In this document: piece by piece, positions 1-6,980 of the stretch
Position numbering within the stretch: the first letter of the stretch is position 1
How the letters are laid out: the number at the start of each line of letters is the position of its first letter
Origin: Chlamydiales bacterium
GTDB lineage: Bacteria > Chlamydiota > Chlamydiia > Chlamydiales > JBDQID01
Reading direction: 5' to 3'
Length of the DNA stretch: 12,242 nt
NCBI GenBank assembly: GCA_047611865.1
Contig: JBLFWS010000103.1
Span: forward strand, 1-12,242
Program-made: the position numbers and the translations under genes
The notes under the pieces: generated by a model
The model's database searches: none
What the model was told of the DNA's origin: nothing
The model's input: the letters and a program-made list of their open reading frames with translations, nothing else

Positions 1-2
1 AT

Positions 3-10
3 ACCTCCTT
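3..10 (-). promoter_or_regulatory. Shine-Dalgarno sequence of a minus-strand gene starting just left of the window
   Basis: Reverse complement of 3-10 is AAGGAGGT, a perfect SD consensus; the start codon lies outside the window. Confidence 0.55.
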
Positions 11-17
11 AAGAATA

Positions 18-90
18 GGTCAGTTGAATCTGACGTCAAGGCTACCCTTCGGCTCGCTCCGCTCGGCCCTGACATCAGATTCAACTGACC
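18..90. repeat. Long inverted repeat (25-bp arms, 23-nt loop)
   Basis: GGTCAGTTGAATCTGACGTCAAGGC (18-42) pairs with GCCCTGACATCAGATTCAACTGACC (66-90) at 23/25 positions. Confidence 0.9.
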
Positions 91-149
91 AAATTTCTAA
101 GAATATCTGATTTTCGAAAAAATAATTCGGTTTTTGAATTTTAACAAAA

Positions 150-245
150 AGTGTAACCTATGTGGTTAGTGAGTGTAACCTATGTGGTTAGTGAGTGTAA
201 CCTATGTGCTTAGAGAGTTTGTTACCCTTGTGCTTTACCAAACCC
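150..245. repeat. 22-bp tandem repeat x3 plus a degenerate fourth copy; IS481-like end repeats
   Basis: AGTGTAACCTATGTGGTTAGTG at 150-171 and 172-193, a variant at 194-215, and TGTTACCCTTGTG from 220. The TGT(A/T)ACCTATGT core resembles the repeated subterminal motifs of IS481-family ends (recognition only). Confidence 0.75.
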
Positions 246-330
246 CTCCGGGCTCTAGGTAAGGGGTCATTATTCCACGGGTTCCTCGCAGGCTCATCAC
301 CCGAGGATTTGATCGGGCGCCCTCCGGGCT
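244..330. repeat. REP-like unit: small hairpin, large hairpin, small hairpin
   Basis: CCCTCCGGGCT occurs as a direct repeat at 244-254 and 320-330, flanking the stem CCACGGGT(275-282)/ACCCGAGG(299-306). The loop CTCGCAGGCTC resembles CTCGCAAGCTC in the 6673-6846 palindrome. Confidence 0.6.
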
Positions 331-431
331 TTCGGATATGAGTGAAATTGTAGCCTTGTTGGTAAGAAGCATTCACCTAAATATTTTGCATACAACTACT
401 TAAGGACATAGATTGATGCGTATGGGGAAAC

Positions 432-485
432 GCCCTGGGTTTAGTCATAAATAAGTTCTTTAGCTCTTTAAGAGCGATATATCCC
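432..485. repeat. Dispersed REP-like repeat, copy 1 (second copy at 9967-10019)
   Basis: GCCCTGGGTT-N17-TTTAGCTCTTTAAGAGCGATATATCCC here versus GCCCTGGGTT-N16-TTTAGCTCTGTAAGAACGATATATTCC at 9967-10019. Confidence 0.7.
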
Positions 486-517
486 CTCTCCAAAAAAAAT
501 CTTTTATACTTTTTGAA

Positions 518-703
518 TCAGGATTGATCTTCCATCAATAGTAAACTAATCGCATTCGTCCATCCAAAACCTATCTCTCTGGCTCCCTTTGCAATTTGGT
601 CGAGAGTTACTTCCAAATCATCCCACTTCTTTTCGATATAAGTTTTCAAAACAGTGTAGTCATACACCCCCTCGGAGGCGCTCAACGTAGAAAATATAAG
701 CAT
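518..703 (-). CDS. Small hypothetical protein or remnant of an exported-protein gene
   Basis: 61-aa ORF directly downstream of and co-oriented with the hisC-like gene. The frame stays open upstream to 730 (IIIKLFPYL-MLIFSTLSA), which looks like a signal peptide whose start has decayed. Confidence 0.35.
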   Translation of the reverse strand: MLIFSTLSASEGVYDYTVLKTYIEKKWDDLEVTLDQIAKGAREIGFGWTNAISLLLMEDQS

Positions 704-726
704 AAGATACGGAAATAATTTTATTA

Positions 727-1845
727 TTATTTAGTAAACATTTTTAAACTGTTTTTACAAATATCAGAAAACACAGCAGAAAATTTTTCCATCTGCTCAG
801 GTCTACCAATCGTCACCCTGACACAGGTATTGTGAGGCTCTTTTTGTGCTTGACGAACAAAAACCCCTCTCTCAAGTAACTCTGCTGTCATTGCAGCAGC
901 TTTTTCTTTACTACCCATATGCAAAGCTACAAAATTCGTCATCGATGGTGGAGTGTCAAAACCATATTCCTTCGCCAAAGAAGAAATCATCTGTCGTCCC
1001 TCTCTCGTTTTACGGACGACATCGTCTACAAAAGACTGATCATCCAATGCCGCCAGAGCAGCTACCTGAGCTAAGCTATTTATGCCAAAATGCAAGTTGA
1101 TTTTCCTTAAATTCTGCAGAGTCCCCTCATCTGACAAAGCATATCCCAAACGAAGGCCCGCCATACCATACGCTTTAGAGAACGTACGAAGATGGATAAC
1201 TTGAGGATGAATATTTACTTCATTAACAGCCTTGTCATCATCCACAAAGTCAATATAAGCCTCATCCAGTAACAATATACATGATGTAGAAGAGAGCTTA
1301 TCGATTAATCTTTTTATCACTTCTGCTTTCCAATAAGTCCCCGAGGGGTTGTCCGGGTTCACCAAATATAAAATCTTTGCACCACAGCTTGAAGCCTCTG
1401 ATAACAAGCCTTCCACATCATTGTAAAAATCCTCTCTATAAGGTACTGAACATAACTCTGCACCATACCCATGAACATGATAAATAAAAGTGGGGTAGGC
1501 CCCGTGGGAGGCCACCACTTTGTCTCCAGGGTTAGTGAAAGCTCGAACTACTAAACCAAGAAGCTCGTCTACACCGCTTCCAAGCATCACATGATTACGT
1601 TCCAGATCATGCTTTTCCGAAATTTTATTGCGTAAATCAAAGCCTTCTGGATCACCATAAGTGTACACATTTGGACAAAAATCACGAATTGCCTGTACTG
1701 CATTTGGGGAGATACCAAACTGACTTTCGTTAGCTCCCAGGTGCAAGTCAAATACTTTCCCTCTCTCCCTTTCCATTGCAAACTGTGACACAAAAGGAAC
1801 GGTATCGGGAAGACTCCTTACTATCGAATTAATATGAATATCCAT
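727..1845 (-). CDS. hisC: Histidinol-phosphate aminotransferase family PLP-dependent aminotransferase (class I/II)
   Basis: Motifs LGANES, GSGVDELL, NPDNPSG, LDEAY, the PLP-lysine motif LRTFSKAYGMAGLRLGY, and C-terminal VRVTIG; 372 aa. No other his genes nearby, so the substrate is not proven. Confidence 0.85.
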   Translation of the reverse strand: MDIHINSIVRSLPDTVPFVSQFAMERERGKVFDLHLGANESQFGISPNAVQAIRDFCPNVYTYGDPEGFDLRNKISEKHDLERNHVMLGSGVDELLGLVVRAFTNPGDKVVASHGAYPTFIYHVHGYGAELCSVPYREDFYNDVEGLLSEASSCGAKILYLVNPDNPSGTYWKAEVIKRLIDKLSSTSCILLLDEAYIDFVDDDKAVNEVNIHPQVIHLRTFSKAYGMAGLRLGYALSDEGTLQNLRKINLHFGINSLAQVAALAALDDQSFVDDVVRKTREGRQMISSLAKEYGFDTPPSMTNFVALHMGSKEKAAAMTAELLERGVFVRQAQKEPHNTCVRVTIGRPEQMEKFSAVFSDICKNSLKMFTK

Positions 1846-1918
1846 ATTATGACCTTATTGTTGTTTAACGACTCATCTTATACTATATAAATATTTCCCC
1901 AAAACAACGGATAGGCCC

Positions 1919-2776
1919 ATGACTATTTCAATAGACAATCCAAAAACCTCACGATGGAAAAAACGTTTCGAAGATTGGCATCGGAATAACTCTTGTGATG
2001 ATGACGGCTCCCATGACGTGTCACATTTCAGAAGGGTAGCAAATATGGCATTGGAGATGGTCTCGAACAGTCAAGAAAGTGTTGACTCAGACATCCTCAT
2101 CGCAGCAGCCTACTTCCACGACATCGTAAACCTACCCAAAAATCACCCCAATAGAGCCCTTGCCTCTACTCTCTCAGGAAAAAAAGCGGATGAAATCCTA
2201 CGCTCTCTATCTTTCCCAAAGGATAAGCTCAATGCCGTCTCTCACGCAATAGCTGCTCACAGCTTCAGCGCCCAAATCCCTCCTGAGACTTTGGAAGCTA
2301 AATACCTTCAAGATGCGGATAGAATGGAAGCTCTTGGGGCCATCGGCCTAATGCGTACTTTCTATATTTCAGGAAAACTTCAGCGCTCATGCTATGACAG
2401 TAAAGATCCCCTTGCAAAACATCGCCCCCTTGATGATTCAAATTACGGCCTCGATCACTTCGAGGTAAAACTCCTCCGTCTAAAAGATCAGATGCAAACA
2501 AACGCAGGAAAATCCATGGCTCAAGAACGCGTGGATACCCTTATCCGCTTCCGTAAAGAGCTTGTAGAAGAAATCCTTAAAGATCAATCTGGCGAAAAGT
2601 GCCAGATCACTGAATTCTTTCGACTGTCTGGATTTAAAAATGGCCTGCTACTCCACCCCACAGACCCCTTTGCCAACGACAGAGGCCTCGACCCAGAAAA
2701 ATACGCCCTGGACGCGGTCACCCTCAAGTTTCCAGAGTCATGGTTTCTCTCAGAAGCCAAAAATGAATTATGCTAA
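1919..2776 (+). CDS. HD-domain phosphohydrolase (YedJ-like) with C-terminal extension
   Basis: SHDVSHFRRV, AAYFHDIV (HD), AIAAHSFS, QDADRMEALGAIG, LDHFEVKLL...MQT.AGK.MA.ER. Confidence 0.88.
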   Translation: MTISIDNPKTSRWKKRFEDWHRNNSCDDDGSHDVSHFRRVANMALEMVSNSQESVDSDILIAAAYFHDIVNLPKNHPNRALASTLSGKKADEILRSLSFPKDKLNAVSHAIAAHSFSAQIPPETLEAKYLQDADRMEALGAIGLMRTFYISGKLQRSCYDSKDPLAKHRPLDDSNYGLDHFEVKLLRLKDQMQTNAGKSMAQERVDTLIRFRKELVEEILKDQSGEKCQITEFFRLSGFKNGLLLHPTDPFANDRGLDPEKYALDAVTLKFPESWFLSEAKNELC

Positions 2777-2840
2777 GGAATTGTGTAAGAATAAAAGATC
2801 CCTCTTGAGCTCACCTTGGCTTTTTCGGCCCCGGTCTTTA

Positions 2841-3000
2841 GAAACCGTTAAGAAATAACTTGGTCGTTTTGGGGTGTTTCAGTAGCTTAGATGCAAGGCG
2901 CAAATTCGCAGCCGAGGTTTACATCTCAGCAAGAATTTTCAACGCCGCAGATGAGGTGCTGAAACGCTCCAAAAAAACCAAGTTATTTCTTAATGGTTCC
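2841..3000. mobile_element. 160-bp palindromic MITE A with TTA target duplication (IS5/IS1031-like by target)
   Basis: TIR GAAACCGTTAAGAAATAACTTGGT (2841-2864) matches the reverse complement of 2977-3000 at 22/24. TTA lies at 2838-2840 and 3001-3003. The arms continue to pair inward for about 30 more bp. Confidence 0.8.
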
Positions 3001-3011
3001 TTAGTCCGGGG

Positions 3012-3179
3012 CTAGTACTTCATTTCAATTAGATTTTCAGGTTGGGTGCTGATATTTTTCCGTCTGGTGAACTGTGGAGATCGAAACCAACCCATTTGGT
3101 GTTAGTGAGATCTCCACAGTTTGCTAGGCGGTAAAAGATCGGTGCTCAACCCGGAAATCAGATTGAAATGAAGTACTAG
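3012..3179. mobile_element. 168-bp palindromic MITE B with CTAG/TA ends (IS630- or IS701-like by target)
   Basis: Perfect 18-bp inverted ends CTAGTACTTCATTTCAAT (3012-3029 / 3162-3179), an inner perfect stem AACTGTGGAGATC (3070-3082) / GATCTCCACAGTT (3109-3121), and imperfect pairing between them. Confidence 0.8.
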
Positions 3180-3200
3180 TGCTCCTCATCAATAACTCTA

Positions 3201-3752
3201 TCAGGACTTCCCCTCAGAAAGCCTTTCTAAAATAACCCCCTCAATTTCCTCTGGAACCATTCTCTCGAGGCTCCTCCCAAAACGCCCCACTTCTCTAACC
3301 AAAGAAGAACTAAGGTGAGCATAGCGAGGAGAGGACAACAAAAATATCGTATCTAAATTACTCATCTCACCATTGGCCACAGCAAAGCTTCTCTCATACT
3401 CCAGGTCCACCCCATTTCGCAAACCTCTGATAAAAAAATGGATGTCATTCTCTGAGGCAAAGTCTACCAAAAGCCCATCCCAGCTCAAAATTTTCACATT
3501 TGAGACAGTTCTGGTGATATCCTTTAAAAAAGAAACCCTCTCTTCAATACTAAATGGCACAGATGCTTTGTGAGTATTAAAAGCGACAACAACATATAAA
3601 ACATCGCACATGCTCGATGCCCTCTCAATAAGATCCAGGTGACCCTTTGTTGGTGGGTTGAATGAACCCGCAAAAAGACCTTTCTTTAAACTCGCCTCTG
3701 AACATAAAGGCTGCGAAAATACAAGTAGCCATAAGAGCAAAAACTTTCTCAT
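3201..3752 (-). CDS. coaD: Pantetheine-phosphate adenylyltransferase with hydrophobic N-terminal extension
   Basis: GSFNPPTKGHLDLIERA (HxGH-type), FSIEERV, GLLVDFA, IRGLRNGVDLEYE, LSSSLVREV, MVP. The start overlaps the upstream stop (ATGA, 3749-3752). Confidence 0.92.
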   Translation of the reverse strand: MRKFLLLWLLVFSQPLCSEASLKKGLFAGSFNPPTKGHLDLIERASSMCDVLYVVVAFNTHKASVPFSIEERVSFLKDITRTVSNVKILSWDGLLVDFASENDIHFFIRGLRNGVDLEYERSFAVANGEMSNLDTIFLLSSPRYAHLSSSLVREVGRFGRSLERMVPEEIEGVILERLSEGKS

Positions 3753-4537
3753 CTCACTTTCCTACCGTATACACGAACCCCGCCAAGATGTCCGACTTGA
3801 AAGAGCCTTGAAATCGTATCGTAAAACTCTGAAAGGTCAGGATCTCGCTCGTCCTCTTGCCTGTACTGTCCCGCACGCTTTGCAACAAAATCTTCCCAGA
3901 GGTCTGTTACGTCATCAAATTCGAGAACCTCAAAACCTGATTTTTCAAGAACCTCGATATATTCATTCCTCGTAAGAAGCCGAGGACAAGAAACAACGCG
4001 TTCTAAAAGCTCGTTCTCATCATGACTCAGCTCCTCCCGGATATAGAAATCCTCAAAATAAAATGTTCCCCCAACAGCTAGTGCGTCAGATGCTCTGGAA
4101 AACAACTTCTCTTTTTCTTCAATATGCAAAAAGACCAGGAAAGAAACAAAGTGATCAAAGGTCTCGTCCATGGCTATCTCAAGAAAGTCAGCTCTTTTTG
4201 AATGAACCTTGTCTTTAAGTTGTAATCGATCAATGACACGCTTGGCAATTTCAGATATATTTTTCTGTAACTCCACACCAAATACAGTACAGCCAAATCT
4301 TTCCGCCAAATAACAACCCGTAGTACTAAATCCTGAGCCCACATCCAAAACCCGACTCGACGAATTCAAAGAAAGCTTTCTCGCGGCTAGCTCAAGAGCT
4401 TCATCACCTAGATAATGCATATGAAAAGTTTGGATATCCTCTAGAGTCCAACTTCTCTCGCCCTCAGCAAAACTCGACAACAAATTACAAACTCTATCAT
4501 ACTTATACAAAGCTATCTCTGCCACTAACTGATCCAT
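3749..4537 (-). CDS. Class I SAM-dependent methyltransferase (phosphoethanolamine / sarcosine-dimethylglycine N-methyltransferase-like)
   Basis: Motif I RVLDVGSG, YLAERFGCTVFGVEL, FDHFVSFLVFLHI, L..GGTFYFEDF, LEKSGFEV..FDDVT. Substrate not determinable. Confidence 0.85.
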   Translation of the reverse strand: MDQLVAEIALYKYDRVCNLLSSFAEGERSWTLEDIQTFHMHYLGDEALELAARKLSLNSSSRVLDVGSGFSTTGCYLAERFGCTVFGVELQKNISEIAKRVIDRLQLKDKVHSKRADFLEIAMDETFDHFVSFLVFLHIEEKEKLFSRASDALAVGGTFYFEDFYIREELSHDENELLERVVSCPRLLTRNEYIEVLEKSGFEVLEFDDVTDLWEDFVAKRAGQYRQEDERDPDLSEFYDTISRLFQVGHLGGVRVYGRKVR

Positions 4538-4596
4538 AATCTATTTCTCCCCATAATCACTTCATAGAAATTCAAATTACTAACGAAGCCTCCACA

Positions 4597-4625
4597 TTGA
4601 CACAATAAAATTAATTTAAGATAAT
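4597..4625 (+). promoter_or_regulatory. Sigma70-type promoter for the 4662 gene
   Basis: TTGACA (4597-4602), a 17-bp spacer, then GATAAT (4620-4625), 36 bp before the ATG. Confidence 0.65.
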
Positions 4626-4661
4626 AAAAAAAACATTATACACTAAAAAAAGGCAGTTTTA

Positions 4662-5063
4662 ATGAACATTAAACGTTGTGCCATGGCAGCTTTGGCAGCA
4701 TTTGTATTTGTTTTCCTATATGACATGCTTGTTCATGGATACTTACTCCAAAGCTTGTACATGGAAACACCAGACCTATGGCGCCCAATGGAGGAACACA
4801 AATTCTCCTTCATGATCTTAAGTCAATTGGCCTATTCCGGAATGGCCGCCTATATCTTTACACTAAACTATGAGGATGGAGGTGCTCCTGAGGGTATCCG
4901 CTTTGGACTTCTCATCGGATGTCTTGTCGGATCCATACAAATCGGTACACAAGGCTACTTACCCATCTCAACTACCCTCACAGCTTCATGGGTCATACAA
5001 GAAATAATTAGAGGACTGGGTACTGGGATCATCCTATCACTGGTATATGACAACAACGAATAG
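4662..5063 (+). CDS. Small integral membrane protein (about 4 TM; DUF1761-like)
   Basis: 133 aa with four hydrophobic stretches and an EGIRFGLLIG motif; a good promoter lies upstream. Confidence 0.75.
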   Translation: MNIKRCAMAALAAFVFVFLYDMLVHGYLLQSLYMETPDLWRPMEEHKFSFMILSQLAYSGMAAYIFTLNYEDGGAPEGIRFGLLIGCLVGSIQIGTQGYLPISTTLTASWVIQEIIRGLGTGIILSLVYDNNE

Positions 5064-5069
5064 TCGATG

Positions 5070-5097
5070 TTTGTGGACGCTAAACAGCGTCCACAAA
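5070..5097. terminator. Perfect 12-bp stem-loop between convergent genes
   Basis: TTTGTGGACGCT-AAAC-AGCGTCCACAAA. There is no 3' U-tract on either strand, so it is not a canonical intrinsic terminator. Confidence 0.55.
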
Positions 5098-5104
5098 ATT
5101 CCCC

Positions 5105-6223
5105 TTACAAAGACAGTAAGGCTAAGCCAACAGTCAACTTCACGTCCTTATCAAGAGACTCCCCTAAAAGATAGCCCTTGGTCTTTCCTCCCAGCTCAGC
5201 AAAAATACCATAATCTTCCGCGAACTGATAAGTTGACCTTATGGAAAGAGCTCCACCAATTTTGTCTTTAGAATGTAACCCTTCGGATTGACCAACCACT
5301 GGCTGTTTCCAAAAGTCTGCTTTTATCCCGTAAGAAAAGTCATCATTTTCCCATAACTTATTCATATCAAAACCGAAAGCATATGAATTCCTTTCATCGT
5401 TATCTCCAAAACGAATATAGGCAAAACCCGTGCTCTCTTGAAAATTTAAGTAAGAATTTAACCCGTGTTCGATTCCGTAAGGAGTCAATGCAAGACGATA
5501 TCCAGGGAGAAATTCCACCCCACCCATACTAAACATTGGAATCTCTTGTTCACGTTCTGCATCAAACATGTACTGCCAGATCGTATATAGGGATAGCAAA
5601 GACATCGAATCCGCATAATTCCAATAAGCATATTTACGCAACTTATCGTAAGACACAGTCTCTCTCCCTAAAAATTGCGTCAAGTCAGAATGATAACTCC
5701 TTATGTCATGGCCAGATGCATAAGTACCCTTACCATTATCGCCCAAAATATAGAAGGTCTGATCGTGATGACCACCAAAGTAAAGGAGGGCTTCCTGGAA
5801 ATTCAAAGTACCTTTCGAGATAGCCTTCTTTCCTAATTTGTTTGCCAAAACCTCTGTTGACTCGACACCACCTGTGTCAATTCCCATCTCATCTCTAGGG
5901 CTAATCGAATACCCTGAAAAATAAGTCGCACCCCCTCCTTCTCCATAAGGCACTGGAAGCGGAAGGTCATAAGAGGGACTCAAGCCAATCGATCTAAGGC
6001 GTGCACCATGTCCAAAAACTTCATGCTGCAAAAGCAATGTGTAATCAGCTACTGGAACATCAAGAAACACAAGCTTTGCAAAACGAGCAAGAAAACCCCA
6101 GCCATCATCTCTATTAAACACGGGACCGGTGTATAAAAACTTATCTCCTTTCTGAAATGCCTTATGAATAGTCAAAAGATTTTCAGCTCCGACACCCGAA
6201 GAAAAATCCTTATCTACCAGCAA
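5105..6223 (-). CDS. Hypothetical exported/outer-membrane protein; true 5' end lies further upstream and is frameshifted at an A10 tract
   Basis: 372-aa ORF from TTG. The frame is open up to 6340 and encodes KKKTSLLLLLCLATAFQVFA-QSEE with no in-frame start. It has an HEVFGH motif and an aromatic/Gly-rich, beta-strand-like C-terminal third. Confidence 0.75.
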   Translation of the reverse strand: MLVDKDFSSGVGAENLLTIHKAFQKGDKFLYTGPVFNRDDGWGFLARFAKLVFLDVPVADYTLLLQHEVFGHGARLRSIGLSPSYDLPLPVPYGEGGGATYFSGYSISPRDEMGIDTGGVESTEVLANKLGKKAISKGTLNFQEALLYFGGHHDQTFYILGDNGKGTYASGHDIRSYHSDLTQFLGRETVSYDKLRKYAYWNYADSMSLLSLYTIWQYMFDAEREQEIPMFSMGGVEFLPGYRLALTPYGIEHGLNSYLNFQESTGFAYIRFGDNDERNSYAFGFDMNKLWENDDFSYGIKADFWKQPVVGQSEGLHSKDKIGGALSIRSTYQFAEDYGIFAELGGKTKGYLLGESLDKDVKLTVGLALLSL

Positions 6224-6446
6224 ATAATACTCAGGAGAAACCTTTATAAAATCATCTTCTTCACTTTGAGCAAAAACCTGAAAGGCAGTTGCTAAACAAA
6301 GTAGTAAGAGCAGGGACGTTTTTTTTTTATACCTAAATTCTTATTCATTAAAAGCATCTACTTGTGAAATTCAAAAGTCCAAAAATCTAACACAGAAAAA
6401 ATAAAATGCGAAACGTATTTATACACAAACAACTTCAAGAAGGTCT

Positions 6447-6472
6447 TGTTACCTATGTCTCCGTGTCGACCA
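6447..6472. repeat. Isolated IS481-like end remnant
   Basis: TGTTACCTATGTCTCCGTGTCGACCA shares the TGT(A/T)ACCTATGT core with the repeats at 152-208. Confidence 0.5.
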
Positions 6473-6514
6473 TGCCAACAATGCTCTTCAAGAATTGGAT
6501 TTTTAGACTAGAGG

Positions 6515-6980
6515 CAGGGCAATCGAATTATAGATAATATTTTAAAAGAGTTTTTCGATATTTCTTAGAAGCTAAAGCTTTTAAGCGATAGTATAACTTG
6601 GAATAGCTGTCTGCCATTATAAATTCTGAGTGAGTGCCGCACCTGCTGGTGCTCATATTTTTTTCTTACCATTATACCGGGCCTTGCTCGCAAGCTGCTA
6701 CGACCCGGCCTACATAATTCCGCGCCTCTGGCGCTTAGGAATCGTTCCCAGGAACTCGTATCAGCAAAAACAATGCTTCCGTAGCGCCAGAGGCGCGGCA
6801 TTATGTAGGCCGGGTCGTAGCGAGCTTGCGAGCAAGGCCCGGTATAGAAAGTAAATTAAAAAATAGAGCTGCGGCAGCTGCGTCACCACCGGAACACTAT
6901 TAAATTTGGGATATTTCTTCTGAATCCCGCAGCTTGCTGTCGTGGGAGGGTCAAGAAATTATTATAATGCGATTGCCCTG
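6515..6980. mobile_element. 466-bp non-autonomous element with ISAs1-family-like TIRs and 9-bp TSD
   Basis: TIR CAGGGCAATCGAATTATA (6515-6532) matches TATAATGCGATTGCCCTG (6963-6980) at 17/18. The direct repeat GACTAGAGG lies at 6506-6514 and 6981-6989. CAGGG ends are typical of ISAs1. No transposase inside. Confidence 0.88.
6673..6846. repeat. Inverted pair of GTAG-type REP-like units (REPIN/BIME-like)
   Basis: Arms 6673-6735 and 6783-6846 are reverse complements except for one substitution and one indel. Each arm contains GTAG-GCCGGGT...GCCCGG and a GCGCC-N3-GGCGC hairpin. Degenerate symmetry extends to 6636-6884. Confidence 0.85.

Noticed and set aside
150..215. CRISPR array or plasmid iterons
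   Set aside because: The units are head-to-tail with no spacers, and there is no cas or rep gene in the window.
188..376. 62-aa ORF on the minus strand
   Set aside because: It runs across the REP-like unit and the tandem repeat and has no protein-like motif.
2841..3179. Integron attC sites, tRNA or riboswitch
   Set aside because: I see no RYYYAAC/GTTRRRY ends, no cloverleaf or T-loop motif, and no aptamer consensus that I recognise; TIR plus TSD explains them better.
6565..6854. Overlapping ORFs 6565-6801 (-) and 6630-6854 (+)
   Set aside because: They mirror each other (PRLWR, SARGA, LCRPGR) because they read through a GC-rich palindrome; these are artefacts.
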